Source: an uncultured Chloroflexia bacterium (GTDB taxonomy: Bacteria > Chloroflexota > Limnocylindria > Limnocylindrales > CSP1-4). From it: DNA of 64,000 nt. The notes under the pieces were generated by a model that saw nothing but the letters and a program-made list of their open reading frames with translations, had not been told where the DNA came from and made no database searches. Shown piece after piece: positions 28,170 through 38,028 of this stretch. A program made the position numbers and the translations under genes. The number at the start of each line of letters is the position of its first letter. Within the stretch, counting starts at the first letter, position 1. The stretch lies in contig CAWFXA010000002.1 of NCBI GenBank assembly GCA_963819655.1, positions 1,280,001-1,344,000 on the forward strand, read 5' to 3'.

Positions 28170-29282
28170 TCAGAGCCGGCGATACGACGCGTCGACGGCT
28201 TGTTCACTCCACCACGCGAGGTCATCCGCGGCGCTGATCCCGGACGGTAGCTTCACGCCGGCCTCGGCGTCGAGGCCCTTGCGCCAGCCGCGCAGCAACA
28301 GGCCGACGATCCAGGTCAGGTCGCGCTGGAGGTCCCAATCGCCGGCAAGGCCGGCGAAGTCGCTGGGGGCACCCTCGGCCGCCCAGCGGCCACTGTCCCA
28401 CTCGAGTGCGTCCCGGTAGCGGCGCGTCACCTCGTCGGGCCCGACTGGCAGCGACCCGCTGTTCGAGACCAGGAACCAGCCCAGCTCCACGGCTATCGGC
28501 GCTCGCAGTGTCATCTGCCAGTCGATGAACCCCACTTGGTCTCCGGGGAGCAGCGCGACGTTGGCGAGTTTCAGGTCCCCGTGCAGCCCGACCCACGGCA
28601 GCACCTCGAGGGCCAGGACAAGCGGCGACGGATCGGCCGACAGCCGGTCCACGAGCTCCCAGGCAGTGGACGGGGCCCGACGCGCGAACGCCTCCCAGCC
28701 CGCCAGGAACCGGTTTCCGACGGGGTTGCCCTCAGCCTGGTAGCGGGCGGCGGACGTCGGGGTGAGCAGCGTCAGGCGCTCCGCCAGCGGACACCACGGC
28801 GGCGGTGGCTGGCCGTCGCGTTCGCCGGCCGACTCCAGGATCTTGCTCCACGGCACGGCATGGAGGCGCGCCATGGCCCGGAGCACGCGATCGAGCGTCG
28901 CCTCGTCGATGTCCGGGTCGTGACCCGGCCGCTCCCAGGCGATCAGCTCGTTCGAGAGGTCCGGCGTGAGGATCGCGACGCCGTCGCCATCGGAGGCGGC
29001 TCCGAGGTAGGGGGTCATGGCGCGCGGGATCCACGCCATCGCCCCCGGCGGGAGCGCGGCCAGCCAGGCTTCCCGGAGCGCGTCGTCGCGCGTGGCCCGG
29101 GCGATCCAATCGCGATCGAGCGAGGTGCGCTTCAGGACGTAGCGTCGGCCGAACCCATCGACGAGGCTCGTGAAGGTCGCCCCGGACCAACCGTCGTTCG
29201 GGAACTCGTGTTCCGGGAGCAGATCCAGGCCGTGCTCGGTCAGCAGGTCCAGCAGGGTGCGATCGCGCCAGCCGACGGTCAT
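28170..29282 (-). CDS. APH/choline-kinase-like phosphotransferase
   Basis: VLKR, MARLHA, LHGDLKLAN, FIDWQ. Confidence 0.85.
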   Translation of the reverse strand: MTVGWRDRTLLDLLTEHGLDLLPEHEFPNDGWSGATFTSLVDGFGRRYVLKRTSLDRDWIARATRDDALREAWLAALPPGAMAWIPRAMTPYLGAASDGDGVAILTPDLSNELIAWERPGHDPDIDEATLDRVLRAMARLHAVPWSKILESAGERDGQPPPPWCPLAERLTLLTPTSAARYQAEGNPVGNRFLAGWEAFARRAPSTAWELVDRLSADPSPLVLALEVLPWVGLHGDLKLANVALLPGDQVGFIDWQMTLRAPIAVELGWFLVSNSGSLPVGPDEVTRRYRDALEWDSGRWAAEGAPSDFAGLAGDWDLQRDLTWIVGLLLRGWRKGLDAEAGVKLPSGISAADDLAWWSEQAVDASYRRL

Positions 29283-29291
29283 CGTTCAGCC

Positions 29292-29708
29292 TCAGCAGGG
29301 AGCGGGCACGTCGTCGGCACCGTCCGGGCCGCCGTCGAGGTAGACCACGTGCGAATCGGGGCAGTTCCGTGTCAGCACGACGACCAGTGGCTCGGTCCCA
29401 CTCGCGTTCTCCTCGACGTGGATCTCGCCCGCCGGGATGTAGACGAAGTCGCCGGCCGATGCGGTCATCGCATCATCGAGGCCGGTCGGGCCCCACGTGT
29501 AGCGCGCGCTCCCGGAGACGATATAGATCGACGTCTCACAGTCGCCGTGATGGTGGATGCGGGTCTTGTCGCCCGGGGCTGTCGAGACGATCGATGAATA
29601 GAGTCGTTCCGAGCCGACCGTCGGTCGCGAGATCGCGATCGAGCGCTCCATCCCCGGGTGCTGGCCCACGCTGGTGACGCGATCGCCGGGCGTGATCAGT
29701 GTCGCCAT
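29292..29708 (-). CDS. Cupin domain protein
   Basis: HHHGDCETSIY, AGDFVYIPAGEIHVE. Confidence 0.88.
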   Translation of the reverse strand: MATLITPGDRVTSVGQHPGMERSIAISRPTVGSERLYSSIVSTAPGDKTRIHHHGDCETSIYIVSGSARYTWGPTGLDDAMTASAGDFVYIPAGEIHVEENASGTEPLVVVLTRNCPDSHVVYLDGGPDGADDVPAPC

Positions 29709-30166
29709 CAGCTTGCCGACTCCAGGCGCTCGACCACCCTGAACCACTCGCACACGACGACGGTCGACGCGGTGAGCTCGAACGAGGGGTCCCTGAGGCC
29801 CGTCCGCAGATCGTCGATGTAGCTGTTCCAGAAGCGTTCGTGTGCGGTTCGCCAGTCGGCGGCATCTGCGAAGCCCTCTCCTTCGGCACGGGCGAACTCG
29901 TCCCCGACCAGCCCGATCGTCGAGAGCTCGACACGGGTGATCTCGACGATCGCGATCGGCCGTCCGTTCGAGTCGAGCATGACCTCGCGGTCCCCGGCGC
30001 GCGGCGGCATGACGCCTTCGACGACGAAGTCCACCCCGAGGCTCGCCGTCGCGGTCTTCGTCCCATCGAGTGCGAGCGCGGTCAGTCGCTCGCGCAGCGC
30101 ACCCGGGAATGCGAATCCCCATGCGGGCATGCCGAGATGGGTCGTGGGCTCGACTGGCTCGGGCAT
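29708..30166 (-). CDS. ASCH domain protein
   Basis: GTKTATAS, FARAEGEG, WRTAHERFW, VVCEWF. Confidence 0.88.
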   Translation of the reverse strand: MPEPVEPTTHLGMPAWGFAFPGALRERLTALALDGTKTATASLGVDFVVEGVMPPRAGDREVMLDSNGRPIAIVEITRVELSTIGLVGDEFARAEGEGFADAADWRTAHERFWNSYIDDLRTGLRDPSFELTASTVVVCEWFRVVERLESAS

Positions 30167-30198
30167 ACGCCGATGATAGGTCGCTACCATCGGCGCCG

Positions 30199-31140
30199 AT
30201 GGCCTCCCCGCCCCGTTTCCCGCTCTTCGACGCGCCGTCGCCGCTCCACGCCCTGCCGCGCTTCAGCGCCGCGCTCGGTGGCCGGGTCGAGATCTGGACG
30301 AAGCGCGAGGATCTCCTGCCGTTGGCATTCGGCGGCAACAAGCTGCGCAACCTCGAATTCCTCGTCGGTGCGGCGCTGGCGGACGGCTGCGACACGCTGG
30401 TGACGAGCGGTCGGCGCTGGTCGAACCACGCCCGGCTCACGGCGGCGGCAGGGGCGCGGGCCGGCCTGGCCGTTCAACTCGTGCTGTCGGGACCGCAGGT
30501 GGATCCGCCCGGCCCCGGCATCCGGATGGCCCGCTCGTTCGGCGCGACGGTGCACCTCCTGGACGGCGCCGATCGTGACGAGCGGGAGGCTGCCGTCGCG
30601 CGCGTCGCACGCGAGGTGACAGCGGGCGGAGGACGGCCCTACGTGATCGGCGTCGGCGGCTCGGGCTCGGTCGGAGCGTTCGGGCAGGTGCTCGCCGCCC
30701 GCGAGCTCGTGGCACAGGCAGCGGACGAGGGCATCGCCATCGACCGCGTGGTGCTGGCGACCGCCACCGGTGGGACCCAGGCCGGCCTGATCGCCGGCCT
30801 GCCGACCTCGATCGCGGTGACGGGCGTCGTTGTCGCGCGGTCAGCGGCAGAGCTCCGGTCGTCGATCGGGGCGACGGTCGCCGAGCTGGGCGGGGCCGCC
30901 GACGCGGCGATCGAACTCGACGAGACGCACATCGGCGACGGATACGGTCGGCCGACTGTGGAGGCCACCGAGGCGGCGGCGATCCTGAGTCGGACCGAGG
31001 CGATCCTGGTCGACCCGATCTATACGGCCAAGGCGCTCGCCGGGCTCGTCGCGGGGGCGCGCTCCGGGGCGTGGGACGGCGAGCATGTGGTGTTCTGGCA
31101 CGCCGGGGGCTTGCCCGGGCTGTTCGAGCCGCTGGACTGA
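30199..31140 (+). CDS. D-cysteine desulfhydrase/ACC deaminase family PLP enzyme
   Basis: KRED..FGGNKLR, SNHAR, TGGTQAG, DPIYTAK. Confidence 0.9.
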   Translation: MASPPRFPLFDAPSPLHALPRFSAALGGRVEIWTKREDLLPLAFGGNKLRNLEFLVGAALADGCDTLVTSGRRWSNHARLTAAAGARAGLAVQLVLSGPQVDPPGPGIRMARSFGATVHLLDGADRDEREAAVARVAREVTAGGGRPYVIGVGGSGSVGAFGQVLAARELVAQAADEGIAIDRVVLATATGGTQAGLIAGLPTSIAVTGVVVARSAAELRSSIGATVAELGGAADAAIELDETHIGDGYGRPTVEATEAAAILSRTEAILVDPIYTAKALAGLVAGARSGAWDGEHVVFWHAGGLPGLFEPLD

Positions 31141-31152
31141 CGTCACGGAGGG

Positions 31153-32349
31153 CTACTCCCCGGCGGACCGCCAGGCGTCGCGAACCTTCATCCGCCCTGC
31201 GGTCTGTAGCACCGCGCCGGCGTAGACCCGCGCGCCGATCGCGAACAGGATCCAGATCGCGATGACGGTCACGAGGATGGCGACGGCCACCTCAACAGGT
31301 GAGATCGCGTCGAACGCTGCCCGGAGCGGCACGACGAACGGCGCCGAGGCGGGGATGAAGGTGGCCACCCGAGCGACGATCCCCTGCGGGTCGTTGATGA
31401 CGGCGAAGATCGCCACGAAGTAGCTGATCATCGCGATCATCGTCACCGGCGTCGACGCGTTCGACGCCTCCTCCAGCCGCGACGCGAGCGCACCCAGGAA
31501 ACCGAGCGCCGTCGAATACAGCGCGTAGCCGAGCACGAACCAGACGACCAGCAACGCGATGGCGGAGGGCGTCGTTTCGGGCAGGGCGAAGCGATTCGTC
31601 AAGATTGCGGCGCTGAGCGCCGCGACCACGAACACGAGCAACTGGACGACGCCGAGGATCCCGATGCCGAGCACCTTGCCCATCAGCAGGTCCCGTGCGC
31701 GGACCGTGGCGAGGACGACCTCCACCACCCGACTCTGCTTCTCTTCGACCACGCCGGTCAGCACCGTGAAGCCGAAGCTGAAGATCCCCACGAGGATCAG
31801 CACCGCGCCGATGTTGGCGAACAGGAAACGCGACTGATCGGCGTCCGTCTGCGGATCGAGTGACTCGACGCTCGGGACCCCTTGCGCGGCGATGAGCGCA
31901 CCCGGATCGACCCCGGCGTCGACCATGACGTCCTGCACCCGAAGCGCGATGACTGCCGCAGAGACCAGCTGCGTGACGAGCTGGTCGGGCTCCTTCGCGA
32001 ACACGATGGTTCCGGGCGCGGACAGGTCGCTCGGCACCTCGACGACCGCGTTGATCGATTCCTCTGTCAGGGCCGCATCCGCGGACGCGGCGCTATCGAA
32101 TGGGACGACCACGACGGCGCGTTCCAGCTGTTCGGCCGTGGCCCTGATCGCGAGCTCCAAGCCAGGGGGTGTCGGCTCCACGACCCCGATCCGGGTGGTC
32201 TCCTCGTCGCCGAACAGCAGTGTTGGCACGATGAACGACCCGACGACGAGGACCGTCGTGAACAGCACGGAGAAGACGAAGCCACGGCTGCGGCCACGCT
32301 CGAGGATCTCGCGCTTGGCGACGAGCCAGACGCTTCGCCAGCGGCTCAT
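31153..32349 (-). CDS. ABC-2 type permease (NatB-like)
   Basis: VAKRE, VVEEKQSRVVEV, MGKVLG. Confidence 0.9.
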   Translation of the reverse strand: MSRWRSVWLVAKREILERGRSRGFVFSVLFTTVLVVGSFIVPTLLFGDEETTRIGVVEPTPPGLELAIRATAEQLERAVVVVPFDSAASADAALTEESINAVVEVPSDLSAPGTIVFAKEPDQLVTQLVSAAVIALRVQDVMVDAGVDPGALIAAQGVPSVESLDPQTDADQSRFLFANIGAVLILVGIFSFGFTVLTGVVEEKQSRVVEVVLATVRARDLLMGKVLGIGILGVVQLLVFVVAALSAAILTNRFALPETTPSAIALLVVWFVLGYALYSTALGFLGALASRLEEASNASTPVTMIAMISYFVAIFAVINDPQGIVARVATFIPASAPFVVPLRAAFDAISPVEVAVAILVTVIAIWILFAIGARVYAGAVLQTAGRMKVRDAWRSAGE

Positions 32350-33269
32350 CGGTCCGCCTCCGGAACCGGGGTCGCGGCGGTCGGCGTGACCGCCTCCATG
32401 AACAGCTCCGACAGCTTGGGCGGCTGGTAGGCGAACGCGCGCACGTCACCGGCGGCACGCGCTCGCGCAAGCATCGCTTCGAGATCGACGTCATCCGCCA
32501 CCAGCAGCTTCACGCGATCGCCATCGCGCTCCAGGACCGTGAGCGAACCGTCGCCATCGAGCCACGCGCCGTCGGACCCGACGACCTCGACCTCGAGGTG
32601 ACGGCGGCCCGAGCGCGACTTCAGCTCATCGATCGCGCCCGCGGCGACGATCCTGCCCCGGGCGATGATGACCACGTCTTCGCAGACGTCCTCGACAAGG
32701 TCGAGCTGGTGGCTCGAGAACAGCACGCCGACTCCGGCGGCAGCCCGCTCGTGCACGACCTCGGTCATCGTGGCGATGCCGATCGGGTCGAGCCCGGAAA
32801 AGGGCTCATCGAGGACGAGCAGCTCCGGTTCGTGGGCGAGTGCCACGGCCAGCTGGATGCGCTGCTGGTTGCCGTGGGACAGCTCTTCCAGCTTCGACTT
32901 GGCGCGGTCGCCGAGACCCATCCGGTCGAGCCAGCGCGCGGCGGCAGCATCGGCGTCGCGGGCGCGCATCCCGTGCTGCTGCGCGAAGTAGCTCATCTGC
33001 TCGCCGACCCGCATCCGCGGATAGAGGCCGCGCTGTTCGGGCATGTAGCCGAAGCGGAGACGGGCCTCTCGATCGACCGGCTCGCCCTTCCAGCGGACCG
33101 TGCCGCGATCGGGTCGGGCGAGCCCGAAGATGCAGCGCATCGTCGTGGTCTTGCCGGCGCCATTCGGTCCGAGGAAGCCGACGACCCGCCCGGGTCGCGC
33201 GGTGAAGGTCGCGCCGTCGAGCGCCACGACCGGCCCGTAGCGCTTCGCCAGATCATCGATCTCGAGCAT
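32346..33269 (-). CDS. ABC ATP-binding protein (NatA-like)
   Basis: GPNGAGKT, LSHGNQQR, LDEPFSGLD. Confidence 0.92.
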   Translation of the reverse strand: MLEIDDLAKRYGPVVALDGATFTARPGRVVGFLGPNGAGKTTTMRCIFGLARPDRGTVRWKGEPVDREARLRFGYMPEQRGLYPRMRVGEQMSYFAQQHGMRARDADAAAARWLDRMGLGDRAKSKLEELSHGNQQRIQLAVALAHEPELLVLDEPFSGLDPIGIATMTEVVHERAAAGVGVLFSSHQLDLVEDVCEDVVIIARGRIVAAGAIDELKSRSGRRHLEVEVVGSDGAWLDGDGSLTVLERDGDRVKLLVADDVDLEAMLARARAAGDVRAFAYQPPKLSELFMEAVTPTAATPVPEADR

Positions 33270-33477
33270 GTGTCTCCCGGTGATCGTCGGTACGGCCTCG
33301 CTGAGCGCGACCGTGACGCGCGATTTGGCGGCGAAGCGTGACCGATTGGCCTCCTCGGCGCAATCGCGCGACTGATAACGCGGGACGGGCGCCAGCCAGC
33401 CGGAATGACTGGCTTGGACCCGAAAACGTGTCTGTCAGGCGCGCCCGCGTCACAGCCGCTCGAACCGCGGCGCGCGG

Positions 33478-33879
33478 CTACTCGGCGGCCAGCGTGCCGG
33501 TCATGTTCGGATGGACCTCGCACCAGAACGTGTACGAGCCCGCGGGGAGTGCCGGTACGGCGTTCGTCACCTTCTTGGACGAGACGATCTCACCCTTGAA
33601 CACCGTTGCGCCGGCCGCGTCCTTGATGGCGATGTTGTGCGGTTCGGACTCCTGGTTGTCGAGCACGATCTCGGTCGGGGTGTCGGCCTTGATCGACAGC
33701 GTGGTGGGCGAGAACGCGATGTCCTTCGCCACGACGACGATGCCGCTGCCGGCCGATGCCGAGGCGCCCGGGCTTCCTGGGGCCACCGAGGCCGGGGCCG
33801 GCGTCGAGCCGCCACCGGAACAGGCGACGGTGAGGACGGCGATGCCGGCGAGCGCCGCAGCCTGGAGGAAACGCTTCAT
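33478..33879 (-). CDS. Cupredoxin-domain lipoprotein
   Basis: Lipobox TVAC; type-1 Cu ligands H(N)...C-EV-H-PN-M; GGAG RBS. Confidence 0.88.
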   Translation of the reverse strand: MKRFLQAAALAGIAVLTVACSGGGSTPAPASVAPGSPGASASAGSGIVVVAKDIAFSPTTLSIKADTPTEIVLDNQESEPHNIAIKDAAGATVFKGEIVSSKKVTNAVPALPAGSYTFWCEVHPNMTGTLAAE

Positions 33880-34088
33880 GCGGGACTCCTTCGGGCCAAG
33901 GTCAAGCCGCGTCACGTGGACGCGGCTCGATCCCGGGGTATCGATCGGTGATGCGCGCTAACGGTAGCGCGGATCGCGGATCCTAGGCCTCGTCGCCAGC
34001 AGCCCAACGCCCGCGCCGGCTCGGCACCAGGAGCCGATGTGACCGACCCAGCCGCGATCCGGCGGCCTACGGTCAACCGCGCCAGCCG

Positions 34089-34485
34089 TTCTCATCATTT
34101 GCTCGTCCCAGCAGCACGGGACACGGTCGGCGCTCTGATGGGGGCACCAGGTAGGCCTCACGGAGCCTGATCGAGGGGTTTCCTCATCAGGTGTCAGCCT
34201 GGCCGAGCATTTGGCAAGAAAGTCGTCATCCGCTGCTGCCCTGACGCACATATGGGAAGAAATCTGGGGCGCAACGCCCAGCCGGCCCCCGCCCGGGCCC
34301 ACCCCGCCGCGGTTTCTGCCATTTGCTCACCACACGAGCACTCGTCACGGAGGGTCCGTTGAATGGCCCCGTCCCGGGCCGGGGAGGCCATCCACGCGCC
34401 GATTTCTTGCCATTTGCGCCACCAGCTGAGCATGTGACGAGGAAGTTCTCGACCAATGCTCGCCTGGGTGGACATCTGGCAAAGA
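34089..34485. repeat. Cluster of palindromic REP-like units (family A)
   Basis: At least 9 copies of a 16-bp arm (approx. TTCTTGYCANNTGCTC) in alternating orientation, mostly paired across 7-8-bp spacers. Confidence 0.7.
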
Positions 34486-34562
34486 TCCGGGCGCGCGAGC
34501 CGGTGGGGCGCCAGCCGGTGGAGCGCGGACCCGAGGTCCGCCCGCCGCGCGAACCCGGAACG

Positions 34563-35792
34563 CTAGTCGACCGCGATCACCCGGTACGTGACGCTCCCGC
34601 GGGGGGTCTGGATCAAGACCTCGTCACCGGCCTTCGCGCCGACCAGGCCGCGCCCCACGGGTGACACCGCCGACAGCCTGCCCGCCGACGGATCGGACTC
34701 GGCCGAGCCCACGAGCGTGTACGTGACCTCCGACCCGTCGATCTCCACCTTCACGGTCGACCCGATGTCCGCCCCGGAGCCGAGGCCTGGCACCTCGGCG
34801 ATGACCGCGTCGCGCAGTCGGGCCTCGAGCGCCTGGATGCGCCCCTCCAGGAAGGACTGCTCCTCCCGCGCCGCCGTGTAATCGGCGTTTTCCTTGAGAT
34901 CGCCGAGCTCCTTGGCCGTTCGGATCCGAGCGATCACCTCGGGACGTCGGACGTCGGTGAGTTCGGTCAGCTCGGCGCGCATGCGAGCCGCCCCGCTCGC
35001 GGTCAGCCGCCCGTCCGGCGCCGAGCCTTTCACCGGAGCGGGCCCCGCTGGGGACGATGCCGCGCTGGTCGGCGTCGCAACCGTCGCCACGGTCGCCACC
35101 TTCCCGCCTCCACTCCTGGACCGTGCCTTCCGTTCAGGCGGTTCGCCACGCGCTCCCTCGGCATCGCCATCGGGCAGTACGACGACGCGGGTCGGCGGTA
35201 GGGCGGGCTCCTGGACATCCGGCAGCAGCGAGCCGGCCAGACCCGAGGCGCGGCGCTCGCCCGTCGGCCGTCGCAGGTTTGCGAACGGCAGCACGACCGA
35301 CGGATCGTGGAGCGCAGCGACCTCGTCGGCCGGCACGCTCGCCGCGAAGACGTTGAGCAGCGCGTCCTCGTACTCCTCCGCGGCATCGGTCGCGGCCCAC
35401 CAGACCCGCATCGGTACCGAGGCCCGGAACGTGTGTAGCCAGTGTCCGCCCGAGTGGGGCCGGCGGTCGCCGAGCACCGTGCTCTGGAGCGCCGCGACGC
35501 GCCGGCCGATCGATGTCGTCGCCCCGACGTACAACACGACCTGGGACGGCAGCCAGAACTGGCCGAGCCGTGTGGCCACCGCACGCGAGCTGGGTCGGAC
35601 GCCATCAAGCGTCAGTGATGGGACGCGCTCGACCCACTTGCCGACGCGGGTCAGCTCGATCGGTGCCCGGGGCAGCGGTTCGCGCAGCTCGACGACGAAG
35701 ATGCCGGGCGCGCGGGCGGGAACCGGTCGGCCCCAGACGGTGGGGCCATCGGGCAGCAGCCCGACCTCGCGCAGCAGCTCGGCGGCGTTCAC
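34563..35792 (-). CDS. greA: GreA elongation factor with N-terminal GIY-YIG-like domain
   Basis: C-terminal RPEVIARI..AKELGDLKENADY..AREEQ and LSAVSPVGRGL; N-terminal PGIF..LYVG..R..E..LPFAN. Confidence 0.85.
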   Translation of the reverse strand: MNAAELLREVGLLPDGPTVWGRPVPARAPGIFVVELREPLPRAPIELTRVGKWVERVPSLTLDGVRPSSRAVATRLGQFWLPSQVVLYVGATTSIGRRVAALQSTVLGDRRPHSGGHWLHTFRASVPMRVWWAATDAAEEYEDALLNVFAASVPADEVAALHDPSVVLPFANLRRPTGERRASGLAGSLLPDVQEPALPPTRVVVLPDGDAEGARGEPPERKARSRSGGGKVATVATVATPTSAASSPAGPAPVKGSAPDGRLTASGAARMRAELTELTDVRRPEVIARIRTAKELGDLKENADYTAAREEQSFLEGRIQALEARLRDAVIAEVPGLGSGADIGSTVKVEIDGSEVTYTLVGSAESDPSAGRLSAVSPVGRGLVGAKAGDEVLIQTPRGSVTYRVIAVD

Positions 35793-35863
35793 GATCGCGG
35801 ACCACGGGAGCGGGGCACCCGGGGATGGTACCCGTCGGGGCTCCGCGGTATGGTGCGCGCTGC

Positions 35864-37393
35864 ATGGCCGCGTCCCGGGCGCGCCGGGCGGGGGTCCGGC
35901 ATGCCTTCCTCATCGTCCCCATCGCCGTTGCCGCAGCAGTCGGAACCGTGACTCTCGGTCCGATCCTGGCGACCCAGCGCGCCCCTGACCTGATCGGCGC
36001 CCTGATACCGGCGCCGACCGCGTCGCCGACCCCGATCCCGAGCCCGACGACCGCCCCCAGCCCGAGCCCGACCGCAACAGCATCGCCGGCACCGACCGCG
36101 ACCGCCACGCCACCGCCGATGCCGGCGAGCGCCACCGCGCTCCCGAGCGCGATGCCGTCAGGAGCCTCCCCTTCGTCCGCACCCAGCTCTCCGGCCGCCT
36201 CTGCACCGGCGGCCTCCGCACCGGCCGCGACCTCGCCCAGCCCGGGACCCGTGGCCGGCGCGCCGCCGACGGCCGAGCCGCCGATATCGATCACCCGACC
36301 ACGTTTGGCGCCGGCCACCCGCCTCGCGCTGCAGGCGCGCCTCGATCGACTGCGCGAGCGATACGCGATCCCGGGCATCTCGGTCGCGATCGAACTGCCC
36401 GACGGATCCACATGGCTCGGCGTCAGCGGGATGGCCGACGTCGCGGCCGAAACGCCGGTGACACGTTCGACGTCCTTCGCGATCGCGAGCGTCAGCAAGA
36501 CATTCACAGCCGCGCTGATCCTGGCCCTTGCCGAGGACGGCCGGATCGATCTCGACGCTCCGGTCCGGCGGTACCTGCCGGCCCTGAAGAAGATCTCGGT
36601 CAAAGTCAAGGTTCGCCACCTGCTCGATCACACGAGCGGGCTACGCGACTACTTCTTCCACGCGTCCATCGACAAGCTGCTGCTCTCCCGCCCGGACCGC
36701 CGGTGGGATGCGACACAGGCGATGAAGTACGTCGGCAAGGCCTACTTCGAGGCGGGCAAGGGATGGCACTACTCGAACACGAATTACCTGGTCCTCGGGA
36801 TGCTCGCCGAGGCCGTCGGCGAGGCCACACTGGCCGACCAGGTGCGGGCGCGGTTCCTTCGACCGCTCGATCTGGACCACACCTGGTATCAGCCGGAGGA
36901 CAAGGCTCCGGCCGACGTCGCTCACGGCTACCGCTTCGCGTCCTCGGCCCGGACGGCGCCCGCCATCGACCTGTCGGATGGCACTCCGCTCGTGCCGTTC
37001 ACCTCGGTCGTCACCGCGGCCGGCGGCGCCGGCGGCTTCGCGGCGAGCGCGAACGACCTCGCGCATTGGGCGCACGCTCTGTTCGGAGGTGAGGTCCTCA
37101 CGCCCGGCTATCTCGAGGCCATGGTCGACGTGGCGGGAACGGCGGCCGTCAAATCGGCGATCCCGTACGGCTACGGCGTACAGGCGATCGAGATCGACGG
37201 GAGACGAACGGTCGGTCACTCGGGCCGTCTGCTCGGCTTCAGGTCTGCGGTGCGCTATCTCCCCGATCAGGGTGTCTCGATCGCCGTGCTGACAAACCAG
37301 AGCCGGACCGATCCTGGCCCGATCCTGCGCTCGCTGCTCCGACTGGCTCTCACTCCGGTCGATGATCCATGTCGCTGCCGGGAGCACCGCTGA
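35864..37393 (+). CDS. Serine hydrolase, beta-lactamase/D-Ala-D-Ala peptidase family, with TM and Pro/Ser/Thr linker
   Basis: ASVSK (SxxK), LLDHTSG, YSN, GHSG. Confidence 0.9.
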   Translation: MAASRARRAGVRHAFLIVPIAVAAAVGTVTLGPILATQRAPDLIGALIPAPTASPTPIPSPTTAPSPSPTATASPAPTATATPPPMPASATALPSAMPSGASPSSAPSSPAASAPAASAPAATSPSPGPVAGAPPTAEPPISITRPRLAPATRLALQARLDRLRERYAIPGISVAIELPDGSTWLGVSGMADVAAETPVTRSTSFAIASVSKTFTAALILALAEDGRIDLDAPVRRYLPALKKISVKVKVRHLLDHTSGLRDYFFHASIDKLLLSRPDRRWDATQAMKYVGKAYFEAGKGWHYSNTNYLVLGMLAEAVGEATLADQVRARFLRPLDLDHTWYQPEDKAPADVAHGYRFASSARTAPAIDLSDGTPLVPFTSVVTAAGGAGGFAASANDLAHWAHALFGGEVLTPGYLEAMVDVAGTAAVKSAIPYGYGVQAIEIDGRRTVGHSGRLLGFRSAVRYLPDQGVSIAVLTNQSRTDPGPILRSLLRLALTPVDDPCRCREHR

Positions 37394-37496
37394 CCGCCCG
37401 ACGGCCGGACCACCGGATCGAGCTCGCCGGTACGCATGGGCTACTTGTCGCGCGCGCGTGAGGGGCCCACGGTTGCCGAACGTTCTCGGGGGACGC

Positions 37497-38027
37497 ATGC
37501 CTATCCGTGTCGATGCCTACATGGCTGGTGGAGTGGCCAGCGGCGTGCTCGCGCGCGTCGGGACCCTTCGCGAGGTCCTCGAAGTGGACGGCGTCCTCGC
37601 GCTGGAGCGGGTCCATTGGCAACCCCTCCACGGTCAGCCCGGACCCGCGCCAAACATGACGATCCCGATCGACGACGTGCTGATCGCCGTCGCCGATGAC
37701 GACCCGACGATCGCCGTCCATGCGTCGTGGCACGGCATCCGGCTCGACGTCGGTCCGTACACGATCGAGGGCGAGATGCCCACGATGCCGGGGTTCGATC
37801 CCGGTCGTGCCCTCACCCGACCGACCGGCGAGTTCGTCCTGCTCAAGGACGTCAGCATCGGACCACGCACCGATGTGGCGCCGGCGTCGGAGCTCACGCC
37901 TGTCGGCCACCACGCGCTCGTCAACCGCTACGTGGTCGAAAGCGTCGCCTGCGACCTGATGCTCGGGTTCTTCTTCCCGGGCGCGACCATCATCCAGGCC
38001 GACGTCGCCGAGTCCAGCGCGACCTGA
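37497..38027 (+). CDS. Hypothetical protein
   Basis: Clean high-GC3 ORF with GGGGGA RBS; no recognised catalytic motif. Confidence 0.7.
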   Translation: MPIRVDAYMAGGVASGVLARVGTLREVLEVDGVLALERVHWQPLHGQPGPAPNMTIPIDDVLIAVADDDPTIAVHASWHGIRLDVGPYTIEGEMPTMPGFDPGRALTRPTGEFVLLKDVSIGPRTDVAPASELTPVGHHALVNRYVVESVACDLMLGFFFPGATIIQADVAESSAT

Positions 38028-38028
38028 C

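Noticed and set aside
33928-33943. CsoR-like operator upstream of the cupredoxin
   Set aside because: GC tract too short and palindrome imperfect; no csoR nearby
36000-36290. Repetitive DNA inside the serine hydrolase gene
   Set aside because: Encodes an ordinary Pro/Ser/Thr/Ala linker
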